DNA of 64,000 nucleotides. Origin: Azolla caroliniana. Its lineage: Eukaryota; Plantae; Polypodiophyta. Of the stretch, positions 38,193 to 52,800 are shown piece by piece. How positions within the stretch are numbered: the first letter of the stretch is position 1; each line of letters opens with the position of its first letter. The notes under the pieces were generated by a model. It was given only the letters and a program-made list of their open reading frames with translations. It had not been told where the DNA came from and ran no database searches. A program made the position numbers and the translations under genes. The stretch spans positions 9,052,001 to 9,116,000 of the forward strand of contig JBHGNT010000014.1 of NCBI GenBank assembly GCA_043228905.1, read 5' to 3'.

Positions 38193-40685
38193 ACACAAAG
38201 TTATACAGAAAAACAGAAAACTATATTAACAAGGGCATGAAGGAACCAACAATCACAAAGAGGAGAAGAAGGTGCTTATGTAGTCACCTTCTCTCTATGT
38301 TCTCTCACTACAACCACCACTTGAAAAAGGAGGTGGAGACTTAACTACCTACTAAATATGTGTCATAGAACCTTAAGTTCTATGACACACTAGTTACTAT
38401 ACTAGGAGGTGGGGTGTTCACACACATGAGTATAGTGAGGTGTGTTCCCACACTAGGGAAGTTGAGTTTGATTCTTAATACGCCCCTTCAAACACAACTT
38501 TCAGTCGCCGAATAGTTGGTTCGGACTAGTCTTTGGGTCGGCTTTGAGTCGGCTTCGGCTTTAGAAACTGGCTCATTCCCGTGTTCATCGACTCCGGCTT
38601 CGGTGTTGTGCCTCATCCATAATCGTGTCAGGTGACTCCGGCTTCGGCTTCACATAGCCGGCTCACTCCTGGGTTCATCGACTCTGGCTTCGGCGTTGTG
38701 CATCATCCATAGTCGGGTAGGGTGGCTCCCTCAAGCTTGGTTGTTAGTAATAGAAAGACCGAGTTTTGTTGTGAATTACTGCAGCTTGTTGGCTCCCAAG
38801 GCCTTTGTGAAGATGTCGGTCGTCTGCAGGTTCACGCCGATGTGTTGTAGGTTGACATCTCCGGCCAGAACATGCTCTCGGATGAAGTGATAATGCACCT
38901 CAAAGTGCTTGGTCCGAGTGTGGAAGACAGGGCAAATCAGATGAATGTTGCTCATGTTGTCGCAATACAGGAGAATCAAATCCTTGATGGGAACACCCAG
39001 ATCCTTCAATATCTTTTTGAGCCAAATGGCTTCACATGCGGCAACTGCCACACTCTTGTATTTGGCCTCTATGCTCAACAATGTGATTGTACGCAACTTC
39101 CTACTACTCCACGATATGACTCTATTGCCAAGGGAAAAGACGAATCCTGCTGTTGATCGTCTGTCGACTTTGTAGCCTGCCCAGTCGACATCAGTGTACC
39201 CTTCGAGTCGAATTGGTGTGGCTGACTTGTAGAGGATGCCAAAGTCCATCATCCCACTTACATAGCATAACACTCGCTTAACACAATCTAGGTGAATGTT
39301 TCGCGATGTCTACATAAACTGGCTGAGGAGGCTGACCGGGTAGCTAAGGTTGGGCCAAGTAATGGTGAGATAAATAAGGCTCCCGACAAGTTTTCAGTAG
39401 GGAGTTGACTCACACTCTTTTGTGATAGAATCGACATCTAGCCTTAAATTCTGATTGAGAGGGGTAGCAACGGGCTTCTGGAGTCGCTCCAAATGAACAA
39501 AGAATTGTCGGACTTGGACATTTTAAAGCCGATTTGGTGAAGATATTGGGTTATCTTCGAATGTCATGCTCTTAGTGCCTGCTTGAGGCTGTCGAGAGGC
39601 TTTTTGAATCGGCAGACAATAGTTGGATGTGTTCTCGACTTGAATCTGGGTGGTTGTACCATGTAGACGTCTTCATCTAACTCACCTTGGAGAAAAGTGT
39701 TCTTTACGTCCATTTGGTGGAGGTCCCACCCTTTGGCTATTGAAAGCACGATCGAGGTTCGGATGGTTGTCATCTTTGCCACCAGGCCAAAGGTCTCTTC
39801 GTAATTGACTCCGTGTGTCTATGCATAGCCTTTTGCCACAAGCCGAGCCTTATACCAATTGACAGTTCCATCGGCATTATGCTTCACCTTGAATATCCAT
39901 CGACATCCGATTTCTTTTTGATGGGGTGAAGAGGGGATGAGATCCCATGTCTCTTTTTTGGAGAGTGCTTGCATCTCCTCATTCATCGCTTCGACCCATT
40001 GCGGGTCCTTTGCGGCTTCGAAAAATGTTTCCAGCTCTCCGATTGTTGCCACCTTCATCATGAATGTATAATGATATGCCATGTAGTCATTCTAACCGAA
40101 TCAGTTGACTACATTCTTCTCTCGGGTGGACCAACGTGGTTGTTCACTTGGCTTTATGAACGCTTTCTCGACTCCTAATGTCCTGATGATTGACACATCC
40201 AATCCACCATACTCACTGTTGAGCGAGTGAGCTGATTCAGTTCTATTTGAGTCTTTCTCTCACTACAACCACCACTTAGAAAGGAGGTGGAGACTTAACT
40301 ACCTACTAAATATGTGTCATAGAACCTTAAAGTTCTATGACACACTAGTTACTATACTAGAGGTGGGGTGTTCACACTTGAGTATATTGAGGTGTGTTCC
40401 CACACTAGGGAAGTTGAGTTTGATTCTCAACAATAACAGAAAACAACACCCTCCCCTAGTTCACAAAAGCCACATACCTTACTTCTAACCAAGCTCCAAG
40501 AATTTGGGGATGTCTTTAATAAGAGCAAGGCTAGTATGCTCCCAGAACATTGACGTTACGATTGTTTTATCAATCTTTAACTACGGAAGGACCAACCGCG
40601 GACACCAATTTAAAATCTAACAACATAAAAGCTCAAAGTTCTTTGAGAATAAGTTGATGAGAATTTTGCAAGAGGATTCATTTGG
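37870..40685 (+). mobile_element. Degenerate chromovirus-like (Tf2/Tcn1-type) gypsy pol relic, interrupted by element G
   Basis: 40490-40685 reads KLQEFGDVFNKSKASMLPEH*RYDCFINL...VDENFARGFI, matching the pre-RT motif DVF...LPEHRPYDCxIDL...ENLxKGFIR. Left boundary approximate. Confidence 0.65.
38114..40432 (-). mobile_element. Copia element G (B-like LTR), deleted from mid-5' LTR through integrase
   Basis: 3' LTR 38114-38480, partial 5' LTR about 40255-40432. TSD gtaac/ataac. RT ([15 protein letters not shown]) and RNase H (RTKHFEVHYHFIRE) are present. Confidence 0.9.
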
Positions 40686-41384
40686 TGTTGTGAAGTTATG
40701 CACGTGTGTGTGAAAATTTGAGTGGGAACACCGAGGACTTGCACGGGCGAGGATGGGCAATGTTGAGTCTACAAGGATAGAAAGCTTGAGGATGTAATTG
40801 TTTTCTGAGAGAGTAAGGTTCGTTTCCAAAATTTAAATGAGAGTATAAGTTATCTTGTACGTACATATGCAGATGTGTATAAACTTAATAATGTATATAT
40901 AGAATAACTATGAGTGTGTGTATGTACATATGTCGTGTGTGTGTGTGTGTGCTTAGGCTCGAGTATAGGACTGAAAACTTGTATTTGCATTGGTTCATAT
41001 AAGCGTATATAAAATATTGGAATAAATATTTAAATGTCAAAAATGACTATAAATTTTAATGTGCAAGTATGTATATAGGTTCTAACTAAATTATGCATGT
41101 TTCTCTATATATTGTGGTGTCCCTTGGATGCAAGTGCATGCCTTCATGTTGGGTGTGCATGTGTTCCTTTGTGCCCCTTTTAGCATACCCTTGTTTAGCA
41201 TGCATGCCTTCATGCTATGGTGTACATGTGTTCCGTTAAGCCACCCGTTTAGCATACCCTTGTTAGGACACATGTAGCTAAGTAAAGCCAACCCAAATGG
41301 GTACCTTTGTACGACTATAAATTGAATAGGAAGTAAGAAGCTAAGCAAGCTGGTTTGGATTCCATTTATGTGCATTTCACAATA
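40686..41384. mobile_element. Possible solo LTR
   Basis: Ends TGTTGTGAA...TTCACAATA. It starts exactly where the gypsy RT relic stops. No TSD. Confidence 0.35.
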
Positions 41385-41686
41385 TACTCTGTATTAATGT
41401 GTGGTTTATGTGTGAACATATGTGAGTTTATATTAGATCCTATGTGGGCTTTTATATAGGTGTAAGCACAATACGTAATATATGCATTCGTTTGCTCAAA
41501 CATTCATTTTCATACGTTTGCAAACGAATGAGTATATTATCCAAAAATTTGTATATGTTTTTTTTAACTTGTTTACTTTTCTTTTTGCTCATAGAGGGGG
41601 AACGGTTTGCACATGTGCACATCTTCTCCCACCATCAATTTTTGCACATTAGTGCGATGCCAAGCTCCTCTCCTCTCTCTTCCAGC

Positions 41687-41930
41687 CATAGTATGAACCA
41701 TACGTACATTCGCATTCACGAATGTTTCAATCATTCGAGTATGGTAAACAACCTCGAAGAATGGTAAATACCCTACTTTTGGATTAACTATTTATTATGA
41801 GGTAAATAAACCTAAAAAAAGGAAAAAAACAAAAAATGTGGGAAAAAACAAAAAGAAAAGACACAAGAATGTTTGAATAACATTCGCATTTGAATGTTAT
41901 GCTAGATGAACACGAATTTTACGTACTATG
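41687..41930. mobile_element. hAT-type MITE (244 bp)
   Basis: TIR CATAGTA(T/C)G with perfect 8-bp TSD CTTCCAGC (41679-41686 / 41931-41938). Confidence 0.9.
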
Positions 41931-42179
41931 CTTCCAGCCTAGAACAATCTGCAAAGTGCACATTGCACATCTTCTCCGACCATCAATTTCTACACATCAA
42001 CGCAAGCCAAGCTCCTCTCCTCTCCCATCCAAGTATGTTTAGGGTTAATAATCGGGTTTAAAGTTTCATCTTTAGGTCATAGTATGTAGTATATACTATG
42101 TAGTACAAAAATTATAAAGTTATGAATCATACATACAGAAATTATAATAAATAGATTTTGATATTTACATTAATTTAGG

Positions 42180-43236
42180 AAGTTACGGGTAGATAAAAGG
42201 GCCTTGAGTGGGAACAAGTACTAAATCAAGAAAAGAACGCAAGAGGGATGCATTTGATGAAATGCAAATATCAATCATGTCTATGTTGGTGGCCCTCATC
42301 GAATTAGGGCCCATTTATCGGGAATAAGAGGACAAGGTGTAGAAAAATGCAAAAATGCAATGATATTGTCAACGATCAATTTAGAAAATCAATGGCTCAT
42401 GGAAATGATCACTCAATTTCATATGTACAAACAAATGCAAATGGTAATAGTGTCGTTAATGCTATTGCATATGCATGTATTTCTACTTCTATTTCAATAA
42501 ATAAAATGGCTACTAAAAGCAAAAATTAGAGACAAGTGGTTCATTGCCAATATCTTTTGAATTGGCATTGAGGAAAAATGCAAAAGAGGCTATTGCAAGA
42601 TTTTTTAATGTAAAAGATATTGCACATCGAAAAGTGGAAAGTTCATTTTTCCATGATATGCTGCTTATAGTTCTTGCAAAAGTGGAGAAACACCTTTTAC
42701 TTATCAATTGTGTAAGAAATATCTTAATGGAGAAGTTGTAAATGTTGAGCATGATCTTATATTTTTGAAGGAGTGTTGGAAGACATATGGATGCACTATT
42801 GTTAGTGATGGTTGGTCAGACACTAGAAATAGAGCAATTATTAATGTTTTAGCTTCTTCATTAAATAGCACAGTGTTTTTGAAATCAGTAGATACAAGTG
42901 GTCATGTCAAGACCAATGAATACATATTTAAAATTTGAAGGATGTTATTTTTGAAGTTGGACCATCAAATGTAGTTCAAGTTTGTATGGATAATGTTACA
43001 ACTTGTATGGTTGCAGGACCTATGATAGAAAATGAGTGGCCATCTATATTTTACACTAGATGTGCATGCCATTGTGTTTATTTGTTGTTGGAGAATATTG
43101 ACAAATGTGCTTGGATTGATGCCTTTTGCGATCAACTATGAAGATAATTGTTTCGTAACTCGAAAACAATATGCTTTGGCCATCTTTTGCAAGTTTATAG
43201 GGAAAGACTTACTTAAACCTTCTATGACTAGGTTTA
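42180..43236 (+). pseudogene. hAT transposase pseudogene (BED finger plus DUF659), truncated by element H
   Basis: Frameshifted fragments: MKCKY..GGPHRIRAHL..C, WKTYGCTIVSDGWSD..NRAIINVL..FLKSVD, EVGPSNVVQVCMDN..CACHC and KPSMTRF. Confidence 0.9.
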
Positions 43237-43580
43237 TGTTGAGATGCAAGCTCAACATTGGTCGGATCAGCTGTGCAAGCCGAGAACCTGATCAGTTGGG
43301 ACCGATCGGTTAGGCCGGACCAATGCGTAAACCGGGTGCGTAAACTGGTATGCAAACCGTTGCGCAACGAGAAGCCGTAGCGGTGCGTAAACCGCGAGGC
43401 CGTTGGAAAGATATTCCGCGTAGGAATATATTTTGGGAGTTAGTGTAGAGCTCAGTTATGAGCATTGAAGTACGTGTTAGTACTTCTGTCAGTCCGTATG
43501 GACTTGTATAAAAGTGCTCATTGAGCACATCCTATGTACAGATTGAGTATTATTATTTTGAAGTAGAGTTGTGTGTATTG

Positions 43581-43619
<39 letters not shown>

Positions 43620-46600
43620 CGTATTGTGTATGTCCAAGCTCTCCATTAAACCTGTGTTTTCCTACGTTTGGTTTTCTGTTACTTCTGCACGTTGTTCTTT
43701 TCATGTGGTATCAGAGAGTGAGGGTTGAGAACCTCTGCAGCCGACCTTAGCTCGAGAAGAAAACCTAACCTTTGTAAAGAACAGGGAAAACAAAATGGAT
43801 AGAGGCATGGCTAGCTCGCTTCCAACCGAGAAGCTCGACAGAAACAACTACGTGTCTTGGTTGTACAAGATGCACCAATACCTACTCGGGCATGGATATT
43901 GGAGATATGTCGACGGAGCAAACTTCTCCAACTCCGACAGGAGTTGAACAACTTGCGACAATGTGATTTGTTGGTGGTTGATTACACCTCGAAGATAAAA
44001 GATATATGCGACTCCTCAGCCTCCATCGATGTGAACATCGAGGAAGGCGAGATGGTGCAGATCTGTCTCGAGGGACTGGCGTTGAAGTTCGGAGCGTTCC
44101 GAACTATTGTGTGTACATGGGAGAATACGCCATCGTTTTTCGACCTACAGTCGATGCTCCTTATAGAGGAGAACCACGCGAGTGCGTCGACAAGTACGCA
44201 TGCCGATAGCAAGATGTTGTACACAGAGGGAGATAGGCCCCGTGGTCATGGCGGACGAGGCGAATCGGTGCGCAATGGAGGCCGCCGACGGTATCAAGGA
44301 AGAAGGCACTGAAGTGAACCCGACAGCAATTCCGGACCCTCTGGAAACAGGGGGAGTCGAGGCGACGACAACCGGCAAGGGAAACCCGTCGTGAAATGCT
44401 GGTACTGTGGCAAGAAAGGCCACAAGGAGAGCGAGTGCTGGAAGAAGCGTTGGATATTGACTTGTGGCACAAGCGAATAGGCCACGTCAACTATCAAAGG
44501 CTTCAGGACTTGCAATCGAAACAAGTTGTGTTCGGATTGCCCAAATTCAGTGGCCGAAAGGCCCAAATTTGTGAGGCGTGCTAGCTAGGGAAGCAACACT
44601 GACTTCCTTTCCCCAATGAGCATAACCGGAGCCAAAACAAGCTCGACTTGATACATTCGGATGTATGGGGGCCAACACAGAACGTTAGTTTTGGCAGGAA
44701 TCGATATTTTGTCTCCTTCATTGACAACTACACGGGCACACGTGGATCTATCTCATTGAAAAGAAGAGTGAAGTCTTCGACTGTTTCCGGGACCTCAAAA
44801 GCTTCGTAGAAAGGGAAACAGGGAGAAAGATCACGTGCCTGTGGTCGGATGGCGGAAAAGAGTACTTTTCCGGCCAATTCAACAGTTATCTGCAACAAAT
44901 GGGAATTCGGCGCGAATTCAGTTGCAGGTATACGCCGGAGCAAAACAATGTAGCCGAAAGGAAAAATCGGTCGGTTGTGGAAGCAGCGCGGGCAATGTTG
45001 GAAGAAAAGAGCTTGCCCAAGTTCTATTAGGCCGAAGCGGTACGAACTACCGTCTACATCCAAAATCGGATCGGAGACAAAGTGTCGGCACATGAGCTGT
45101 ATTTCAGAAGAAAGGAGAATCTATGATACTTGAGAGTTTTCGGTAGCATTGCGTATGTGCATGTGCCGAAGGAGAAACGGAGGAAGTTGGACGCAAACGC
45201 CGAGAAGTGTATCTTGGTCGGCTATTCTGACGAACAAAAGGGTTATAAGTGTTATAACCCCCAAACCAAACAAGCTCGCGTGAGCCGCGATGTTGTGTTT
45301 GACGAGTCCGCGTCTTGGTACTTACCTCCAACTCCGGACCTCAACTCCAACTCTGGATCTCCGGACCCGAGTTCTGACGATGAGGTTAGTGAGGCTGAGA
45401 TGCCTCCGGATGACTATGAAATCAAGACCCTCAATGAGAGTCTGATTTCATTTTGGCTAAGTGGACCGAACGAGCAACTGGGTCGGTTTGACCAGTCCGA
45501 AGAAGATCGGCGAGTAATGGAGACTCGGTCGTGCATTCCCTACGCAAGAAGCCGAGGAGACGGTTTACGCGCAAGGAAAAAGGGAAGAAGAAGATGTCGG
45601 AGTACGGCACGGATAAGGGCGAGTCAGATCGACGCGAATCCGACTCCGAGAAGAGCGATGACGGGCCTTCGAGAGCGAAGTCCGCGTCGGCCAAGAAAGC
45701 CTCCATGTCGGCTAATGAACAATTATGCCGATCTACTTGCCAGAAGAACCCTGTTGTGCAGTTCGGATACAATGAGTATATGGCGCATCACTATGCGTAC
45801 ATGATGTGTGTTGTGGGAGTGCGTGAGCCGGAGAGCTACGTAGAAGTGGTGAAGGATGCAAATTGGCGTGCCTCAATGGAGGAAGAGATGCGCGCATTGG
45901 CGGATGTTGAGCGGCAAGTTCAACTGGAGCCGGATCGACTGAATAAGCCTGAGCCAGCAAGCGAGACGGATCAGTAAGTTGTGAGCAACCGAGCCGGCAA
46001 GCAACAGAGCTGGTGAGCTGGGGAGTCGGTTAGCCGAATCCAATCAGTGACCGGAAGCCTAGTATTACCGTAGACTACTAGGCAATTATAGTCTCCTAGT
46101 AAGTATCAAATGCTCGTGTGAGCATTGAAGTATGCGGTACTTCTGTCATTCCCACGAGGACTTGTATAAATAATGCTACTGAGCATAGTTGAATGTACAG
46201 AGTGTTTTTATCGTTTTTGAATATAGCCTTAAAGTTCTGCTCTCTCTGTCTCTCCCGTGTACTCTGTGTATTCCCTACCTTCTCTGTTTTCTAACGCTTC
46301 CGCAAGTAATCATTTACATGGTATTAGAGCGCGAGGGTTGAGAACCTCCGCAGCCGACAAACGCTTGAAAGCAAACCCTAACAGGTCGTAAAAAAGAAGA
46401 CAGAGAAGTGATGGATAGAGGGATGGCTAGCTCGCTCCCTGTGGAGAAACTCGACAGATCCAACTATGCATCTTGGTCGTATAAGATGCACCAGTACCTG
46501 CTTGGGCATGGCTACTGGAGTTTCGTCGAAGGAGCCAACGAAACAACACCTGATGCGGCACATAAGGACTTCCCAGTGTGGGAACAATCGGCAGGCAGAG

Positions 46601-49600
46601 TGATGTACTGCTTCGCGTCCAATGTCGGAGACCAGCTGCTGAGCCACATCCGAGATGCCAAGACGTCGAAGGAGGCTTGGGGGAACCTAAAGAAGGTTTT
46701 CGCCACGAGCACTTCAGCCTGGAAGCTGCAACTCCGACAGGAGTTGAGCAATGTCCGATAGAAGGACATGTCGGTGGCGGATTACACGGCCCGGATCAAA
46801 GAGATCTGTGACTCGCTTGCCTCTATCAACGTTACCGTAGAGGAAGACGAGATGGTACATGTATGTCTGGGGGCCTGGCATCTAAGTTCAGAGCGTTCCG
46901 AACGGCGGTGTGTACATAGGAGAAAACGCCATCATTTTTCGACTTACAGTTGATGCTCCTTGTACAGGAGAACCACGCCGGTGCGTCAACTAGCGCACCC
47001 ACTGACAGCCGGATACTGTACACGGAGGCGGATCGGTCCCATGGGCATGGTGGACGAGGCGGGTCGTCACGCAATGGAGGCGGCCGACAAGAGCAAGAAC
47101 GAAGGCACAGAGAACGTGCTGACAGTAGTTCCGGGACTCCCACAGGCAGGGGGAGTCATGGCGACACCGGAAGACACCAAGAGAAGTCAGCAACGGATTG
47201 TAGGTACTGTGGCAAAAAGGGCCACAGAGAAAGCGAGTGCTGGAGAAAACGAGCCGATTTGGACAAATCCAAATCAAGCAAGGCGGGCAAGGATGGCCGG
47301 CAAAGCTCGCACTACGTGATGGGATCGGGAGGATCCAAGAACGGCAATGGGCCAGCCTTGGTGATGAAGCACTAGGCGAACTCGATGAATAAGACCACTT
47401 CCAAATCGGAGGAAGTGTGGTATGTTGATTCCAGTGCGTCGAACCACATGACGAACCACAAAGAGTGGTTCTCCTTTTTGGAGAAACCGGATCAACCAGG
47501 AGTAGTCGAAACCGGAGACGACACTCCTCACCCAATTGTGCACGTCAGACAGAAGGGGAAGCTGATGAATGTATTACATGTTCCGACAATCGTGAAGAAC
47601 CTAGTGTCGGTCAACCGAGGGATGAAGGTGCGGTTTACGCACCTCGGGTGCTTCATCGAGGAAGAGGGCCAGATTATTGCGCAAGGGCGCAGAGACGGGA
47701 GGATGTTTATCCTCGACACCAATGACGTCGGCACCGCTCTGTTTGCAAAAGGACAGAAGGTCGAATTGGACATCGACCTGTGGCACAAGCGGATAGGCCA
47801 CGTCAATTACCGGAGGCTACAAGACCTGCAAACGAAACAAGTTGTTTTCGGTTTGCTGACGTTTAGCGGCCGGAAGGCCCAAGTATGTGAAGCCTGCCAA
47901 CTCGAGAAGCAACACCGGCTTCCATTCCCCACCGAACGTAACCGGAGCCGTAACAAGCTCGACCTTATCCATTCGGATGTGTGGGGACCGGCATAGAATG
48001 TTAGTCTTGGCGGGAGTCGATATTTCGTCTCCTTCATCGACGACTATACGTGGCACACATGGATCTACCTCATTGAGCAGAGGAGTGAAGTCTTCGAGTG
48101 TTTCTGGAGTCTCCAAAGCATGGTAGAACGGGAATCGGAGAGGAGGATCAAATGCCTGCGGTCAGATGGCGGAAAAGAGTACTTTTGCGGCCAATTCAAC
48201 AGTTATCTACAACAAAAGGGATTTCGGTGAGAGTTCAACTGCAGATACACACCGCAACAGAACAGTTTTGCCGAAAGGAAGAACCGGTCGCTTATTGATG
48301 CGGCAAGGGCAATGCTGGAGGAGAAGAGCATGCCCAAATTCTACTGGGCGGAGGCAGTCTAAATAGTTGTCTACATCCAAAACCGGATTGGTGACAAGGT
48401 GTCAGCTCACGAGCTGTATTTCGGGCGCAAGCCGAATTTGAAACACCTTAAGATCTTCGGTAGCATTGCATATGTGCATGTATCGGAAGAGAAGCGGAGG
48501 AAGTTGGATGCAAAATCGGAAAAATGCATCCTAATCATCTATGCTCAAGAGCAGAAGGGTTATAAGTGTTATAACCCCTGGACAAAGCAGGTCCGAGTTA
48601 GTCGAGATGTCGAATTCGATGAATCGGCATCGTGGTACTCCTTACCAACTTCGACTTCCGAATCCGACCCGGTGCCGGAGGATGAGGCTAGTGAGCCTGA
48701 ACCGGCCCAGGTAGAGGATGATGAAGCGTGGACTCAGGATGAGAGTCCGGAATCGTTCCGATTGAGCGGGCCAAACGAGAGACTGAGTCAATCTGACCAG
48801 TCCAATGAGGAACCGGCGAGTAGTGGAGACTCTACCGTGCACTCCCCGCGCAAGGAACCGAGGCGACGGTTCACACGCAAAGAGAAGGGGAAGAAGAAGA
48901 TGTCGGAATTCGAAACCGGAAACAATGAGTCAGATCAGTGTGCATCCGACTCCGGCAAGGAGAAAAGCGGATCTTCGGCAACGAAGACCGAACCGGCCAA
49001 GAAGGGCCTCAAACCAGGTAACAGTGAGTTACATCGGTCCACCCGCCAGAAGGATCCCGTCAAGCGGTACAGGTACAATGAGTACATGGTGCATCACTAT
49101 GCGTACATGACTAAGGTGGCGGAAGTGCGTGAGCCGAAGAGCTACGCAGAAGTAGCGAAGGACACTAATTGGCGTGCCGCTATGTGTTGAACAACAGTGC
49201 TCGGCCACAACCGAGGAATAGGATCGATTCACAGAAAACGGGAAATACACGAAATGCACGAAGACAATAGAGAGAAGAGTACACAGGATGTTTTACGTGG
49301 AAAACCCTAAATGGGAAAAACCACGGGAGTCCTCAAACTCCAACTATCACTATACACAGAGATGTACAATGGTGAAGCTACAAGGCAACAACCTTGAGCT
49401 CACTGCCTTCGCCACAGGCGGCGGTATTACACAGAGGCGTCGACCTCTTCGTTCCTCTCTCTCTCTCTCTCTCTCGGCTGCTCTCACTTTGCTCTCTCTC
49501 TTGGCTGAAAACATAAAAAATGAGCAACAACATTTAAACTGTTTGCCCTAAGTCATATTTATACACATATGACTTTCGGGCTATTTACAAATATAGCCTC

Positions 49601-49639
49601 AAGGGCTCTTGGCAAAACATATTCACAAATATGTCCCCG

Positions 49640-49805
49640 CATCCGGATCTCTCTCCGGGTACATTCGTCATCCGGCTCCGTAACCGGGGTCTTCAGCATC
49701 CGGCTCCGTAACCGGGGTCTTCATCATCCGGCTCCGTAGCCGGGGTATTCATCATCCGGCTTCATGCCGGGTACTCTTCATCACCCGGTTCCGTAACGGC
49801 CTCCG
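49640..49805. repeat. 28-29-bp tandem array (about 6 units) in the J U3; second copy about 54431-54596
   Basis: CATCCGGCTCCGTAACCGGGGTCTTCA(G/T)-like units start at 49640, 49669, 49697, 49725, 49753 and 49782. Confidence 0.9.
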
Positions 49806-49870
49806 GGCTTGCCGTCATTCATCTCCGGACATCCCATCCGGAGGGACCGAAATCCCAACAAACTCCCCCT

Positions 49871-52800
49871 TCACTTCGGCATGGGATGTCTCTCCAATCC
49901 GATCCTCTTCCGGCATGCTTCCAGCTTGTCGGGTGTGAGCACTTTGGTCAGCATATCTGAGCCGTTCTCGTCCGTGTGGATCTTCGTCAGCACGAACTCC
50001 TGGTCTTCTATCCTTTCCCGGATCCAGTGATGTCTTCGTTGGATGTGCTTCGTCCGGGAGTGATAGGCCGCGTTCTTCGCAAGGTGGATGGCACTCTGAC
50101 TGTCGCAGTAGAGTCGGTACTCCTCCTGCCGGATACCGAGCTCTCTAATGAAGTCTTTCATCCATATCATTTCCTTGCCGGCTTCAACAGCCGCCATGTA
50201 CTCCGCCTCTGTGGTTGACAACGCAACCGTCTTCTGCAGCCTCGACTGCCACGAAACAACTCCCCCTGCATACGTCATCACATACCCTGATGTGGACCGG
50301 CTGGTATCTGCATCAGCCGACATATCCGAATCGGTAAAGTCGTCGAGTTCGGGCTTACCGGAGCCGAATCGGAGGCACACGTTTGTCGTGCCCTTCAGGT
50401 ATCGGAGTATCCACTTGACCGCGTTCCAGTGCTCCTTGCCGGGATTGCTCATGTACCGGCTCACCGCTCCAACTGCATATCCTATGTCCGGTCTTGTACA
50501 CACCATTGCGTACATCAAGCTTCCGACGGCAGAGGCATATGGTACTTTCATCATGTCCTCCTTCTCAGCCTTTGTCTTGGGGCTTTGCTTGCTTGACAAC
50601 TTGCAGTTTGCCGGGAGGGTTGACCCGACCGGTCTTGCCTCCGACATGTTGAACCGGTGAAGCACCTTTGTTACGTACTTCTCCTGTGACAGCCACAACT
50701 GCTTCTTGCTCCGGTCCCGGATGATGTGCATCCCTAGTATTTGTCTCGCCGGACCCAAGTCCTTCATTGAGAAGGTTCGGTGAAGAGCCTTCTTCAGCAT
50801 CCGTATCTTGACCTGGTCCCGTCCGACGATCAACATGTCGTCCACGTACAGGAGGAGTATTAGAAAGTCTCCTCCTTCGAACTTCTTCACAAACACGCAG
50901 TGGTCGGATTGCGTTTTGAGGTACCCTTCGTCGGTCATGAAGGAGTCGAACTTCCGGTACCATTGCCGGGGAGCCTGCTTCAGTCCGTACAGGCTCTTCT
51001 TCAACCAGCATACCAGGTGCTCCTTCCCTTTCTTCTCGAATCCTTCCGGTTGCTGCATGTAGATCTCTTCTTCGAGGTCACCGTGAAGGAATGCCGTCTT
51101 CACGTCCATCTGTTCTACCTCGAGATCCATGCTTGCCGCTATGCTCAGCACCGTCCGGATAGAGGTCATCTTCACTACCGGGGCAAATATCTCGTCGAAG
51201 TCGACGCCCTTCTTCTGCTGGAACCCCTTCACCACGATCCTGGCTTTGTATCTCGGGGGGTTTCCGGCATCTCCCGGTTTCAGCTTGAACACCCACTTGT
51301 TTCGAAGTGCCCGCTTTCCCTTCGGCAACTCCACAAGTTCATATGTGTGGTTCTCATGCAGGGAATCCATCTCCTCCTGCATGGCACTTAACCACCTGCG
51401 GCTATGGGTGTCAAGTTTTGCTTCTTCAAAACTCTCCGGCTCCCCCTCGTCGGTTAGCAACACGTGCTCTGGTTCCAGAAATCTCCGGGGGGGCCTTCTC
51501 TCTCTTAGAGGGTATCTCCGTTCCGGAGCTTCGGTAACCGGCTGCTCCGTTTCCTCTTCATCCGAATCCATTTCGGGATCAGGGCCGGTTCCGGTATCAG
51601 TTTCATCTTCCTCGGCCGGTTCTGTTTCTTCACCGTCTTCGGCCGGATCCTCGAGTGCTAACCGGTCCCTTGCCGGTCGGGACTGCTCCTCGTAGAGTTG
51701 ATCCTCACCGGTCGACTTGGAGCTCTTCATCTTCTTCTCCGACTCCCAGTCGGCGAGTGTCTTGTCCTCCATGAAGATGATATCTCGACTCCTGAATATC
51801 TTCTTGTCGACCGGGTCCCATACTCGGTAGCCGAACTCGTCGTCGCCGTAACCGAGGAATATGCATGGCCGGGTCTTTGGATCTAACTTTCCTCTCCGGT
51901 CCTTTGGCACATGCACGTATGCGAGACACCCGAACACCTTCAGATGCCGGTAGGACACTTCCTTACCGGTCCACACTTTCTGCGGCGTGTCTCCGTCCAA
52001 AGGTACTGAGGGTGATCTATTTATCACATACGTCGCCGTCGACATTGCCTCAGCCCAAAATCCCTTGGGTAATTTCGCATGTGCTAGCATACTCCGGACC
52101 CTCTCCATTATGGTCCGGTTCATCCTCTTGGCCAGCCCGTTCAGTTCCGGCGTCTTCGGCACAGTAAACTCGAGCCGGATTCCCTTCGAGCGACAGTACT
52201 CCTGGAACTGCCCCCGGTATTCTCCTCCGTTATCCGCTCGTATCGCTTTCAGCTTCTTGCCGGATTCCCTTTCCACTCTCGCGTGAAGTTCTTTGAAGAC
52301 GGACAGTACTTGGTCCTTTGTCTTCAACGGTGCCGTCCACAGCTTCCGGCTATGGTCATCTATGAATGTTACGAAGTATTGGGCTCCGCCATGTGACTTC
52401 GTTTCTACCTGACACACATCAGTGTGCACCAACTCCAATGGTGCGCTACGTCTCGTCGGTGGCCTTGAGTGGAAGGAGGTTCGGTTCTGCTTACCGGCCA
52501 GGCAATCGGTGCACTTCTCCAGGTGCACATGCTTCACTGGAATAAGGTTGTCTTCTGCAAGCCTCTTCATCCCCTTCTCACTCATGTGGCACAGTCTCTT
52601 GTGCCACAGCTCACCGGCAGTGTCGGCTGCCACGTTCAGCTCCTCCGGACATAGCCGGGAATTCATCAGGTACAGTGTGTTGATCTTCCGGGCCCGAGCC
52701 ACTATCAGGCTCCCCTTGCTGAACTTCATGACACCGTTCCGGATGCTACCCGTGTAGCCTTCATCATCTAGCCTCCCGGCCGAGATTAGGTTCAATCGGA

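Noticed and set aside
49640-49805. CRISPR-like appearance of the 28-bp array (also the 3675-3851 repeats)
   Set aside because: Head-to-tail units without unique spacers, no cas genes, and a eukaryotic LTR context.
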